A stretch of DNA of 60,268 nt, filler included. It is 5 parts of 5 records of this genome, joined end to end, with 100 filler letters (N's around TTAATTAATTAA, not from the genome) between each part and the next. Parts side by side here need not be neighbours in the genome. Positions count along the whole stretch, not along the records: positions 21,327 to 30,657 come from SRR31156797_9543; positions 30,758 to 53,878 come from SRR31156797_9550; 3 more parts are not named here. One strand, given 5' to 3'. Made by a program: the position numbers and the translations under genes. Shown here in pieces: positions 27,793-38,324 of this stretch. Positions within the stretch are counted from its first letter, which is position 1. Every line of letters starts with the position of its first letter. The notes below the pieces were generated by a model. It searched no databases and had not been told where the DNA came from. It was given only the letters and a program-made list of their open reading frames with translations.

Positions 27793-30634
27793 TAGAGTAG
27801 AATTAAAAAATTATAGAACTCATGCTGAACTTGAAGTTGAGTTTAGTGAAGGGATAAACCTTTTGCTTGGTAGTAATGGTTCGGGGAAAACTTCAGTGCT
27901 AGAAGCTATTGGAATAGCAATGTTTGATACAGGGAATAGAAGTACAATAAAAGAGAGTATAAAAAACGGTGAAAAAAGTGCTTCAATTAATATAGATTTT
28001 ACCGGAAATGATGGATTGGATTATATAATTGAGAGAAAAATAGGTACTGTAACAAGACATAGAATATTTGAAAAGGATAATCCTGAAAATGAATTAAGCG
28101 GAAAGAGTGAAGTTGTAGGTAAAGTAACAGAACTCTGTGGAATTAAAAAGAATTCGTCAAAAATATATGAAAGTGTAGTTACTGTTAGGCAGAATGAAAT
28201 AGTTAATCTATTCATGGGAACAAATAGTGAAAGAGAGGCTGTTTTTAATGAAATATTTGACACTGAGATATATAGAGATATTTATAAAAATTACTCAAAA
28301 AATGTCTTAGATAGATACAAACAAGATGTCGAGATAACTAATGCAAAAATAGGCGAGATAACAGGTATGTTAATTGATGTTGAAGAGTTACAAAGTAGAT
28401 TATCACTAAATAGTGAGAAAAAAGAGAAGATGGAAATATCTAAAAATGAGTTTAATTTAGAATATAAAACTCTGGAAGAAAAAAAAGATAAATTAGAAGT
28501 AACACAACGTGCAATTAAAGAAGCTGATTCAGCTAAAGATACAGAAACTACTTTGCTTAATTCCTTAAATAATCAGCTTGTTAAAAATAAGATTAATTTG
28601 GAAAAAGCAGAAGAAGCAAAAGAGATAGTAATTGATAAACGAGATGCATTTCTTGAATTTAGAAATAGTAGCAAAGAATTAAGAGATGTGCAGGAGAAGT
28701 TGAGAGAGTTAGAGAGTTATAAAAAACAGAAAGAGCATTTGACTACTGAAGCTGTTAAACTGGAAAAATCAGTTTTATCAATGAGAAATGAAATTGACAA
28801 AAATAATGAACAAATTAAATTAACAAATAATATAATAAGTGATTTAGAAGTACAACATAGTAAAAAATCTACCAAGTATGAAGAAGTAAGAAAAAAAGAG
28901 GAATTAATAAAAACTGATTTAAATAAAGTAATTGCAACTCAAAGTGAGCTGGAAAAAGAATTAATTACTCTAAATGAAATAGAGAAAGATTATATAATTA
29001 AGAATTCGGAAATAATAAAGTTAAAAGAATTTATAGATAACTTTGATTTAGATAATTATAAATATAGTTGTGAAGAACTGGATAACAATTTAAAAGAACA
29101 TGAGAAACAGAAACAAGAGAAAGCTGAACTGGAAAAGAAAAGACAGGAGCAAATAATATTATTAAATCAAAATAAGGAAGCCAGTGAAATTCTTGGTGAG
29201 GGAATGTGTCCTTATTTGAATGAAAATTGTAAAAATATAGCTGCTGATGATGATGTATCTGCTTACTTTAATATTAAAGAGAAGTCACTAAATGAAATGC
29301 TTGCAACAATCGAGAATGATCTAGAAGGATTTACTTCGATTGATACCACTGAAAAGAAATTGAGGCAGGAAAAAAATAAACTTGAACTTGAAATAAAAAC
29401 CTTAGATAAAAAGAAAGAAGATTTAAAGTATTTTGAAAAAGAATTAGAAAACTTAAAACTTTTGGAATCAAATAAAAAGTTTGAAATTAAAGAGAAAATC
29501 AAATCAGATGATTTGGAAGAGTTTTTAGATTATTTTAATGATTTTAAATTTAATGAACTTAATGAAAAGTTAAAAGAGAAAAAGATTAATTTAGAAGCTA
29601 CTTTATTTAATCTAAATATTGAGGAACAGAAACAAGAGTTACATAAATTACATCTTGATATTAAACTAAAGAATGCTGAGATACTAAATATAAAAGAAAA
29701 TATTAAAAAAGCGGAAATATCTATATTAGGTTTTGAACAGGAAGTAAAATCTATATCAAAAAAAATAGATGATATTAATGAAAAACTTAGTGAGCAAAGC
29801 CAATTGATAGATAAAGAAAAAACACTGATTAGCTCTGTGGATGAATTAAAGGCAGATTATGAAAAATATATGGAGTATATTAATACTGCTAAAACATACC
29901 ATGATGTTAAAGCAGAAAATGAAGAGTTAAATACTAAAATAGCTGATAGAAAACAAAAAATTGAGGAGCTATTAATTAAACTAGGTGAACTTAGTGAGAA
30001 CTATAATGAGGATGAATATAACAAAGCAAAAGAAAAAATCATTGAATTAAAAACAAAACTGGAGATAGCTCAGAAAGAATTATTTGATATAGAGTATCAG
30101 ATAAAAGATGATGAAAAAGAACTATCCAGGTTTAAGCAAAATCAAAAGAAAATTAAAAAACTTAAACAAGAAAATACTAAGTTAAATAAAAAAATTAATT
30201 TAACTGAAAAATTTAGAGAGTATATCAATAAAATTGGAAAAAATATTTCAAAACAGATGATTGAGAAAATTTCACTTATATCTACTGAAAATTTCCGTGA
30301 AATAACTGGTAGAAGTGAAATGTTAGAATGGCGTACAACTGACAAGGAAGCTTATATGCTTTACTTAGTTGATGATAAAACTGCACGGAAGTTTAACCTT
30401 CTATCAGGAGGAGAGCAGGTTGCAGCAGCATTAGCTGTACGGGCAGCTATGGCTTCAGCCTTGAGTAAAGCTAATTTTGCAATATTTGATGAACCAACTA
30501 ACAATCTTGATGAAGAAAGAAGAAAAGCACTTGCAGATTCATTATCAAAAGTACTAGAGGGAATCAAACAGAGTATAATAGTTACACATGATGATACTTT
30601 CCAGGAAATGGCAAATAAAATAATTAGATTATAA
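27782..30634 (+). CDS. sbcC: SbcC/Rad50 SMC-type ATPase
   Basis: Walker A GSNGSGKT, long coiled coil, central CPYLNENC, LSGGE, FDEPT, VTH. GTG start at 27782 likely (27773 alternative). Confidence 0.92.
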   Translation: MRINRVELKNYRTHAELEVEFSEGINLLLGSNGSGKTSVLEAIGIAMFDTGNRSTIKESIKNGEKSASINIDFTGNDGLDYIIERKIGTVTRHRIFEKDNPENELSGKSEVVGKVTELCGIKKNSSKIYESVVTVRQNEIVNLFMGTNSEREAVFNEIFDTEIYRDIYKNYSKNVLDRYKQDVEITNAKIGEITGMLIDVEELQSRLSLNSEKKEKMEISKNEFNLEYKTLEEKKDKLEVTQRAIKEADSAKDTETTLLNSLNNQLVKNKINLEKAEEAKEIVIDKRDAFLEFRNSSKELRDVQEKLRELESYKKQKEHLTTEAVKLEKSVLSMRNEIDKNNEQIKLTNNIISDLEVQHSKKSTKYEEVRKKEELIKTDLNKVIATQSELEKELITLNEIEKDYIIKNSEIIKLKEFIDNFDLDNYKYSCEELDNNLKEHEKQKQEKAELEKKRQEQIILLNQNKEASEILGEGMCPYLNENCKNIAADDDVSAYFNIKEKSLNEMLATIENDLEGFTSIDTTEKKLRQEKNKLELEIKTLDKKKEDLKYFEKELENLKLLESNKKFEIKEKIKSDDLEEFLDYFNDFKFNELNEKLKEKKINLEATLFNLNIEEQKQELHKLHLDIKLKNAEILNIKENIKKAEISILGFEQEVKSISKKIDDINEKLSEQSQLIDKEKTLISSVDELKADYEKYMEYINTAKTYHDVKAENEELNTKIADRKQKIEELLIKLGELSENYNEDEYNKAKEKIIELKTKLEIAQKELFDIEYQIKDDEKELSRFKQNQKKIKKLKQENTKLNKKINLTEKFREYINKIGKNISKQMIEKISLISTENFREITGRSEMLEWRTTDKEAYMLYLVDDKTARKFNLLSGGEQVAAALAVRAAMASALSKANFAIFDEPTNNLDEERRKALADSLSKVLEGIKQSIIVTHDDTFQEMANKIIRL

Positions 30635-30657
30635 TGATTGTCTAAATCTAAAGCACA

Positions 30658-30757
30658 NNNNNNNNNNNNNNNNNNNNNNNNNNNNNNNNNNNNNNNNNNN
30701 NTTAATTAATTAANNNNNNNNNNNNNNNNNNNNNNNNNNNNNNNNNNNNNNNNNNNN
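30658..30757. other. Artificial contig linker
   Basis: 44 N + TTAATTAATTAA + 44 N. Confidence 0.99.
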
Positions 30758-31195
30758 ATAAAGTGTATGAAAACCATTATCCAAACCACTTAAATCTGCT
30801 ATAAAAGAAATGTCTTGATCAACACCAGTTGTAACAGGAACCTCAGTTCCTAGACCAATTCCCGGGTCAGCATCGATAAAATATTCAAGGTAAGCAATGT
30901 CTGGTTTATTTGCGCTAACCGCAAAAATGGTAAAAGGGTGATTGTACACATGACTCCAGCCACTATCGTTAAGCGCCCGAACATAAAGCATATGAAAGCC
31001 ATTATCCAGGGTCGATAGGTCGGCATTAAAGTCAAGGTGTATGTCATTTGCCGGAGTAAAGCTTATTGCTGTACCATTCCCAAAACCGGGATCGGTATTG
31101 ATAAAATACTCGGCATAATTAATATTTTGAGCCAGTAATTGAAAGGCAGATAAAAATAACCAAACAAACAGGCTCGTTTTATAGAGCACCTTCAT
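30758..31195 (-). CDS. Secreted Bacteroidota repeat protein (EYF..DPG.G.G Ig-like repeats), 3'-truncated
   Basis: Signal peptide; two repeats AEYFINTDPGFGNG / LEYFIDADPGIGLG, each followed by DLS.LDNGFH.L. Confidence 0.75.
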
Positions 31196-31198
31196 ATT

Positions 31199-32182
31199 TT
31201 AATCGTTTGAGCGAATTTTCACCTGAACATTCAAACCACCAGAAGTGGATCCAGAAGTCGGAATAATGGCATTGTAAATATATGGTACAGGGGGCATTCC
31301 CGATAATTTATATGGGTTTGTACCGCTAAATACGCCACAATCGCTTACACCATCAGAGGCTGCGCCAATGGCAGGGGAACCTTCTTTTAATTGCCATTTA
31401 CCATCTGTACTACCGCTCAGTTTAAATACGGAATTCATATCCACATTATATTGGTTTCCAACCGAATCAGTGCCGGCGTTTGCGAACAGATTATGTTGCA
31501 GTGTTGTATTTGAACTTGTTACAAAACCATCATAAAAAATATTGTTCTCAACTGTTGAACCATTAAAAGTATTCTCACTATTTGATCCATTTGCACATAT
31601 AATATTATTTCTAAAAGTACCCGATGAACCACTGTTCATTTGGATGTAACCTCTTATTATATTATTGCTTATAATATAGTTACTGAAATAATAATTTGAA
31701 GATGAAGATGCTTCTAATATACTTGCCGATATGTAATTTTGTTCAATAATACACTCGGAAGAAGTAGAATAATTGGTTAAATAAACTGTGGAAAGTCTAT
31801 TCCTTCTAATTACAATATTGCTTTCTTTTATTGATAAGACGGAGTTAACATAAAGACCCTGAATTACACTATTAGCAGATCCGATTTCAAAAGTTATTTC
31901 TCCAACAATTGTTCCCGCTTTTTGGGCCGGAGTAGAATCGTTTTCACCCAGAAAATACCCCATACCAATTACAGTTAATTCTTTGGTAAAAATGCAATCT
32001 CCATAGCCGGTTGATGAATTTTCGAGATAAATGACATCGCCTGCTGTGGCACCGTCATGGGCGGCTTGTAAGGTAGTATAATCTGCTAAAATTCCAGCAT
32101 TGTTATTCACACGAATAGTGTCCTGCGCATGGACAAATATGATAAATGCCATGCTTACTAATAGTAAAAATGATTTTTTCAT
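31199..32182 (-). CDS. Secreted right-handed beta-helix (pectin lyase-like fold) protein
   Basis: Signal peptide, LQAAHD.A..GDVIY, Asn-rich I.NNII repeats, L..GSPAI.A. Confidence 0.7.
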   Translation of the reverse strand: MKKSFLLLVSMAFIIFVHAQDTIRVNNNAGILADYTTLQAAHDGATAGDVIYLENSSTGYGDCIFTKELTVIGMGYFLGENDSTPAQKAGTIVGEITFEIGSANSVIQGLYVNSVLSIKESNIVIRRNRLSTVYLTNYSTSSECIIEQNYISASILEASSSSNYYFSNYIISNNIIRGYIQMNSGSSGTFRNNIICANGSNSENTFNGSTVENNIFYDGFVTSSNTTLQHNLFANAGTDSVGNQYNVDMNSVFKLSGSTDGKWQLKEGSPAIGAASDGVSDCGVFSGTNPYKLSGMPPVPYIYNAIIPTSGSTSGGLNVQVKIRSND

Positions 32183-32702
32183 GATTGAGATTTTTGATGA
32201 TGAATATTTGATCTATCTTTTGTTTTTTCCTGAACCCAAATAAAAAGAATATGCTCGAACAAGTGACGGCACATTATGCATGCAATTTGTATAAATGTAC
32301 AACATAATAAAAAGCAAGTCAAGTTTATAACATTACATTAAGCTTTTCATTATCAATGATGTGTGTTGATTTCTAACGCAATGGTGCATGAACAGTATGC
32401 TAAGAGAAATTCAAAACAAAATCCATCAGAAAATAGTTTTGCATGAGGTCCAAAATTGCATTTAGTTACATTTCAGATCAATCAAACAAATCTTTGTTAA
32501 ATATTAGGAAAGATTAGACATATATGGCCTTTAGCCAACCGAAACTCACCTAAATTAAATTTCATTCAAAAATAAAATTTGCGATTTGGAAAGCGAATTA
32601 TAAAACTTTAACCAATGCTAAATGAACCGAGCACAACGATTCCGGCTACCTAAAATATTTTCAAATCAATACTCTTTGATGTGTAATATTATTAAGAGTT
32701 TT

Positions 32703-32741
32703 AAAAAAAAAAAGGTGTTTATCCCTCAAGATAAACACCTT
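32703..32741 (-). terminator. Intrinsic terminator
   Basis: AAGGTGTTTATC/GATAAACACCTT stem with a long minus-strand T-run. Confidence 0.8.
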
Positions 32742-32760
32742 AAATTATTAAAAATATCGA

Positions 32761-33441
32761 TTAAAATCTTACACCAAGTGTAAGTGTTATGATATTAACT
32801 GAAGTTTCAACTTCTACATCAGTTTCATTATAAGGATCAGACATATGGGCATCTACCGTATGCTCTCCAAGGCCATAATAATCAAGTGCGAATGATATTT
32901 TATCAGAAATTAATACCCCACCACCTATTTTAAGACCAGTACTACCAGCAGGATCATAGGTCATAGATACCAAGGTGTTGCCTTCATATTCTAATTCTGT
33001 GGGAGTAATTATTAGCGTATTATAAACTACACCAGCTCGTGCAAATATTTTGAGTGGTTTAACTAATTCATGTTCAAAATCAACTCCAATAGCTAAAGGA
33101 ATATTCACATACTTTTGAAACGTAGCATCAATATCACCGGTAGTCATACCAGCTAAAGCTTCTTCAACATCATCCTCATAATCATCTTCTAAAGAATTAT
33201 AATGCACATCTATACCTCCAAAAACTCCAACACCTGTTGGCCCCAATGGAATTCGAAAATCAGCACCGAAGTTAAAACCAGTAGCTGCTCCTGAAGCTTC
33301 AGTGTTGTTAATATCGTCTGAGCCAAAATCTAATACAGGAATAGATGGTCCAATATGAAACGAAGATTTCACTTGCCCATATAAATTTAAAGTAAAACAA
33401 ATTGCAATACACGCAATTAAAAGAGTTTGAAATTTTTTCAT
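32761..33441 (-). CDS. Outer membrane beta-barrel protein
   Basis: Signal peptide from ATG 33441, amphipathic strands, YVNIPL, C-terminal LTLGVRF. Confidence 0.8.
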   Translation of the reverse strand: MKKFQTLLIACIAICFTLNLYGQVKSSFHIGPSIPVLDFGSDDINNTEASGAATGFNFGADFRIPLGPTGVGVFGGIDVHYNSLEDDYEDDVEEALAGMTTGDIDATFQKYVNIPLAIGVDFEHELVKPLKIFARAGVVYNTLIITPTELEYEGNTLVSMTYDPAGSTGLKIGGGVLISDKISFALDYYGLGEHTVDAHMSDPYNETDVEVETSVNIITLTLGVRF

Positions 33442-33631
33442 TTGAGTAATTATATAGTTATTAGTTTTTAATGCAGACACAATTTACTACCAAACAGGTT
33501 TGGTTCTGGTAAATTAGTTACTGAACAAAAATAATAAAATGAATTATTTTTGAAAATACCTATATAACAGCAAAGCTTAGTATTTTAATATTGAAAACAA
33601 GTATCAAATTGATTTACAATACAATATCTAC

Positions 33632-35761
33632 TTATCTCCTTATCACCACTTTTTTCGACATTGTTATGTTAGGGGAAGTGATGTTCACAATGTAAATCCC
33701 GTTCGTAAAATCATCAATATTATTCAATATAATGATATTACTACCGGAAACTAAATAGGCATCTTTAGAAATAATAGTCTGTCCCAGCCCATTACTCATT
33801 TTGATCTGAACCGTTTCATTGTAATCAGATTCAATCTTTACATTCAATTTATTCCTTACAGGATTCGGGTAAATATTCACACTTGCCTGATTCATATTGC
33901 TTTCAATTCCAACAAAACTCGATGTGTAATTAAAACTCCAACCACTAGCAGTATTAGTTGGCCCTGTAGAGAATTGCAGAATGATCTTACCTGATGGAAT
34001 CGTCAATGACGTAGGAATATTTGTATAATTGAAATTTCCAACCAATGTGGCTGCTCCAATACTATCGTGGTGTATTAAAATTCGGTCACTCATACTTTCT
34101 TCGAGATCAAATTCAGTGAATTCCAATGTAATGCTATTCATGCCTTCTGGCTCCAATACCCATTTACAGTATTCCGAATTATTGTAATCACAATCATCAG
34201 ACCCATCACTAATGGTTCCGCTAGTAGCTGTAATCTCCTTATATTCATCACAATAACCCGAAGTAAAGGAAATATCCCAACCATTGGCTACATCTGAACC
34301 ATCGGTAATAAACTGAATTAGAACTGCACCAGCATCAACACGTGTCCAGGTTGGTTCATTAGAATTACTCAATTCCGGAGGATTAGCATAATTGAATGTA
34401 GCTGCAACACCAGAACCAACATCTGCTCCATTATAGATTATTACATTGTCACCTTCACCCAAATCAAATCGATCGAATACAATATTCACATACTGACCAC
34501 ATTCTGGTTGGATAATCCAACTGCAACTCAAGTTATCCTCATAATTATGCAAGCTACTTCCATCATTGAGTGTACCACTATTTCCTGAAACAACTTGATC
34601 TACACTGCATCCGGTTGGATAAGAATAATTACTTGTGTCAGGATAAATATCCTTAATTACTTCCTGGTGATAATTAAAGTTATAACCTGACGGATTGAGA
34701 TTATCCAAATAATAATAGCCATCTGATGTGCCGCCCCAACCCATGTTCAAATGAAAATATTCTTCCGTTTGATATCCATCCATTACCATAGCATGTCCAC
34801 TTTCAGGGTCAGTTGGATGCCAACCAGCATAATACATTGGTTTTCGATCGTCTAAATTGGTCAATAAAATACTATCCCAGTTTAAATCTGTAGAATCTCT
34901 GAAAATATAATGTGTTTCAGGGCTATATTTAAAATAAGTACGAAGCGCTTTATCAGCACTATAATTCCACATTCCTGAAGAAGTTGGACCATATTCCATA
35001 TCTACAGCTACGCCGGCATGATGCATCAGTTGAGCAACTTCAAAATTAGGCTCATGCAACTCATTGAGCATGTTATTCCATCCATAGGTTGCTTCGTCAT
35101 AATTAACAGATATTGTTCCATATACCGGATGCTCATACGAATAAGAACCAATACCTGTTTCTGGAAACTTATGATAATACATTAACTGTGCAAGTGCAGT
35201 GGCCACACAACCTGTAACAGCATTCCCTCCAGCACCATTTTCATCTTCCGGACACATATCGTTGTAATAATTACCCTGAGCCCAGGTAGTCACTACCATA
35301 GGCTCCAAGGCTCGTTCATGACAAATTGCGAGCTGATTTTTATCTGAAAGTCTTGCCCATCGCTGCTGAATTTGGTCTGTTGCTTCTAAATTGTTCTCTT
35401 TGGCATATTGAATTTGTTCTTTGTACCTAGCCAACCACATATTAAAAGCTGGTGGATAATTATTTATATCAAAATTATCTTCAAGGCTATAAAACAATAC
35501 TGGAATGGTACTTCGTGAGGTTGAAACACCCACAAATCCCAAACCGTCTAGTTCAACTATATATAAATCAGTTTGATCCTCTCCAATGAGATGGATTGCT
35601 TTGGTTTTAATTTCATTCAAATCAACTTTCTGAAATTGATTAGCTCGTTCATAAAAGAAATGCTTTGCAATAATTTCTGCTTCTGAAGATTTAACTGTTT
35701 GCGCAAAACTGTGTGCGACAATACTTAAAACTATTACTGGAATGGTCATAAACTTTTTCAT
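33632..35761 (-). CDS. C10-family (streptopain-like) cysteine peptidase with propeptide, two CUB domains and a T9SS C-terminal domain
   Basis: TGCVATA.AQ (Cys), GHAMVMDGY (His), HLNMGWGG; CUB motifs Y.DN..C.W.I...F..F; IYPNP...GIYIV...KKVV. Confidence 0.9.
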   Translation of the reverse strand: MKKFMTIPVIVLSIVAHSFAQTVKSSEAEIIAKHFFYERANQFQKVDLNEIKTKAIHLIGEDQTDLYIVELDGLGFVGVSTSRSTIPVLFYSLEDNFDINNYPPAFNMWLARYKEQIQYAKENNLEATDQIQQRWARLSDKNQLAICHERALEPMVVTTWAQGNYYNDMCPEDENGAGGNAVTGCVATALAQLMYYHKFPETGIGSYSYEHPVYGTISVNYDEATYGWNNMLNELHEPNFEVAQLMHHAGVAVDMEYGPTSSGMWNYSADKALRTYFKYSPETHYIFRDSTDLNWDSILLTNLDDRKPMYYAGWHPTDPESGHAMVMDGYQTEEYFHLNMGWGGTSDGYYYLDNLNPSGYNFNYHQEVIKDIYPDTSNYSYPTGCSVDQVVSGNSGTLNDGSSLHNYEDNLSCSWIIQPECGQYVNIVFDRFDLGEGDNVIIYNGADVGSGVAATFNYANPPELSNSNEPTWTRVDAGAVLIQFITDGSDVANGWDISFTSGYCDEYKEITATSGTISDGSDDCDYNNSEYCKWVLEPEGMNSITLEFTEFDLEESMSDRILIHHDSIGAATLVGNFNYTNIPTSLTIPSGKIILQFSTGPTNTASGWSFNYTSSFVGIESNMNQASVNIYPNPVRNKLNVKIESDYNETVQIKMSNGLGQTIISKDAYLVSGSNIIILNNIDDFTNGIYIVNITSPNITMSKKVVIRR

Positions 35762-36082
35762 GATGGTAGATTTAAATTGGGATATAAAGATAAGGGTTTA
35801 ATGCATAACAAAATAAATCGGACACTTTGATTTTCATAACTTAACCCATATACACCTCATTTTCGTTGGAGTTAGAGTTGAATTACTATTAATATTCCTA
35901 ACTTTATAATCATATAAAATAGATTCATGCGAGCAGTCAAAATTCTCGTGTGTTATAAAACTAAACATGTGAAAGTATTATGCCAGGAACTCTAGCCATC
36001 ACTTTTAGATGATAAGCTAAACGACCGACAGAGGATCAATGATCACAACATACTAATTATAAATGAGTTGACTACTTGATTT

Positions 36083-36784
36083 TTATATTTCAACAATTTT
36101 AAGAAAATAACCAACTAAATCAACTGTATACTTTTTACCTGCTTCGAATTCATGAGTAAATTCCTTAATTTTTCTTGATGAAGATATTCCACTTCCTCCG
36201 GATACTTCTGCCACTAAATTATGTTTACCAGGTTCTAAATAAATTGTAAATGTACCATTCATCCCATTATGAAAACCAAGTCTTGATGGCCCCCAATAGT
36301 CATCTATTCTCCTTAATCGAAAATGTTTAGGGCCTCCAATATTTCCTTCTTTTTGATATTGTTCTTTACTAAATGTAAGTATTGCAACTTTACTATCTTC
36401 TGTTTCTTTTGTCAGTCTCGAAACTCCATTTTTGTTTTCCACACTTACTTTTTTGAATGCCACTTCCTTCATTTTCTTTCCATTCTCTTTCAATGTTAAA
36501 GGTTTGCCTTTGCTCAACTTATAAGTAGCACCTGGTTTCATATCAATAGTAAACTGATATACATCTTTCCATGTAGTAAAAACAAAAGTATGCGATCCGG
36601 GATCAAGCTTAACAGTAGCCTTTTTGTAAGCATTACTGTAAAAGAAAATATAGTTATCACCATACTTATCATCAATTGAATACAAAATACCTTTACTTGC
36701 TGTAAATGTTGATTTTTGTGCATTCAATCCCAGATTAATGAGTACAATTAAAACTGTTAATGCTGAAATTACAAGATTTTTCAT
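36083..36784 (-). CDS. Secreted hypothetical protein with two similar small beta domains
   Basis: Signal peptide; L.PG.H...PG/AG.TY/KY pattern occurs twice. Confidence 0.6.
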   Translation of the reverse strand: MKNLVISALTVLIVLINLGLNAQKSTFTASKGILYSIDDKYGDNYIFFYSNAYKKATVKLDPGSHTFVFTTWKDVYQFTIDMKPGATYKLSKGKPLTLKENGKKMKEVAFKKVSVENKNGVSRLTKETEDSKVAILTFSKEQYQKEGNIGGPKHFRLRRIDDYWGPSRLGFHNGMNGTFTIYLEPGKHNLVAEVSGGSGISSSRKIKEFTHEFEAGKKYTVDLVGYFLKIVEI

Positions 36785-36868
36785 GATTTAAAATATTAAT
36801 AATAATTACCTTAAAAATAGAAAACTAATTCAATATAACAAAGCATAAAAACCAAGCCATTTGAAAAA

Positions 36869-38221
36869 CTAATACCTCTTCTTCCGTCTCCTATTCGCTC
36901 CTTTATCGCCTTTTGTCTTAGGCTTCTTGTATTTTGATATCATTTTTTGGCGTTTACCGCCGGAATTTTGCTTTTGGCGCTTTTCGCTCTTCTCATGAAA
37001 AGCATCTCCTTTTTCAACCTTAGGTCGTTTTAGTTTCGAAGAGATTTCAACTTGACGTGGGCGCTCTTCTGGTATTAATTCTCTGGAAATTTCCACATCT
37101 TCGGGGAATTTCAATTGTGGTATCGGGTAATCCATCAATCGTTCAATGGCTTCTTTGGCTTCTCGCTCTTTACTGGTAAAAAACAGGATTGATCTTCCCA
37201 TCTCCTCTGCCCTTCCTGTGCGTCCAATACGGTGAATGTAGTTCTCCGGATATTTGGGTACGTCAAAATTAAATACGTGTGATATTTGGCTAAAATCTAA
37301 ACCACGGGCCATTACATCTGTGGCTATTAATATGCGGTGTTTGCCCTCTTCAAATTGCGAAATGGCTTTTTCTCTAAAATTCTGACTTTTATTTCCATGG
37401 ATAATGCCCAATTCAGATGCATGCGTCTCCTCTAAAGATTCAAATAATCGATTAGCCAGCTTTTTACCAGAGATAAACACCAGCACCTTTGTAAATTTCT
37501 CACGATCAGCCACAAGGCTACGAAGTAAATTTATTTTGGTATTGAAATTCTGCACAAAGTAAGACTGTTGCCTGATATTTTTCAAAGGTTCACCACTCAA
37601 CGCAATGGTAATACGTTGAGGGTTAACAAAATAATCATCTATCAAAGCATCAACTTCTTCTGTCATGGTAGCAGAGAACATTGTATTTTGGCGCTGCTTA
37701 GGCAAGATCTCCAAAATACTTTGAATTTGTGGTCGGAATCCTGTATCGAGCATCACATCCACCTCATCAATAACCAACTTTTTCACATGCTTCAAAACCA
37801 ATACTTTGGTTACGGCAATATCAAACAAGCGTTGCGGCGTAGCCACAAGCACATCTACTCCTTCAGCTACTTGTTGTTTTTGCACATTGATATTGCGTCC
37901 ACCGTAGAGCCCTAAAATGCGCACATTCATATACTTTGTAAGACTTTCTACTACCTCTGCAACCTGCAATACCAGTTCCCTCGTTGGAACTAGTATCAAA
38001 ACACGCGGTGCATCAATCTTTGCAAATTTCAAATCGTGTAAAATTGGAAGCAAATATGCCAGTGTTTTTCCGGTTCCGGTTTGAGCTATACCTACTATAT
38101 CTCGTCCTGATCGCACTGCAGAGAAGGCTTTCTCTTGCATTGGTGTTGGTTTTGTAAAACCTAATTCTTCAACCGCATTAAATAATGGTTTAGTAAGATC
38201 AAACTGTGTGAACGCATTCAT
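36869..38221 (-). CDS. DEAD-box RNA helicase (DEVD variant, basic C-tail)
   Basis: AQTGTGKT, PTREL, DEVD, SAT, ARGLD, HRIGRTGR. Confidence 0.93.
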   Translation of the reverse strand: MNAFTQFDLTKPLFNAVEELGFTKPTPMQEKAFSAVRSGRDIVGIAQTGTGKTLAYLLPILHDLKFAKIDAPRVLILVPTRELVLQVAEVVESLTKYMNVRILGLYGGRNINVQKQQVAEGVDVLVATPQRLFDIAVTKVLVLKHVKKLVIDEVDVMLDTGFRPQIQSILEILPKQRQNTMFSATMTEEVDALIDDYFVNPQRITIALSGEPLKNIRQQSYFVQNFNTKINLLRSLVADREKFTKVLVFISGKKLANRLFESLEETHASELGIIHGNKSQNFREKAISQFEEGKHRILIATDVMARGLDFSQISHVFNFDVPKYPENYIHRIGRTGRAEEMGRSILFFTSKEREAKEAIERLMDYPIPQLKFPEDVEISRELIPEERPRQVEISSKLKRPKVEKGDAFHEKSEKRQKQNSGGKRQKMISKYKKPKTKGDKGANRRRKKRY

Positions 38222-38242
38222 TTTGAAACAAATTTTAGATTG

Positions 38243-38299
38243 CAAAGATAGGTAAAAGTCTCGTTTATATAATTTATCATGATTTTTCACGTACATTTG
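38243..38299. promoter_or_regulatory. Divergent Bacteroidota -7 promoter boxes
   Basis: TAnnTTTG on the plus strand (TACATTTG 38292-38299) and on the minus strand (TATCTTTG 38250-38243). Confidence 0.6.
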
Positions 38300-38324
38300 C
38301 GGTTCAATTCGAAATAAATCAATT

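Noticed and set aside
21528-30634. Contig C as an anti-phage defence island (PHP + SMC ATPase + nuclease)
   Set aside because: SbcCD looks like the housekeeping pair. The PHP gene is DnaE-derived, separately terminated and not operonic with the ATPase.
32183-32700. Long intergenic region with possible attC-like remnants
   Set aside because: No paired RYYYAAC/GTTRRRY boxes with a convincing stem, and no integrase on the contig.
33481-33515. Imperfect inverted repeat upstream of the beta-barrel gene
   Set aside because: Short AT-rich arms; no supporting regulator or second copy.
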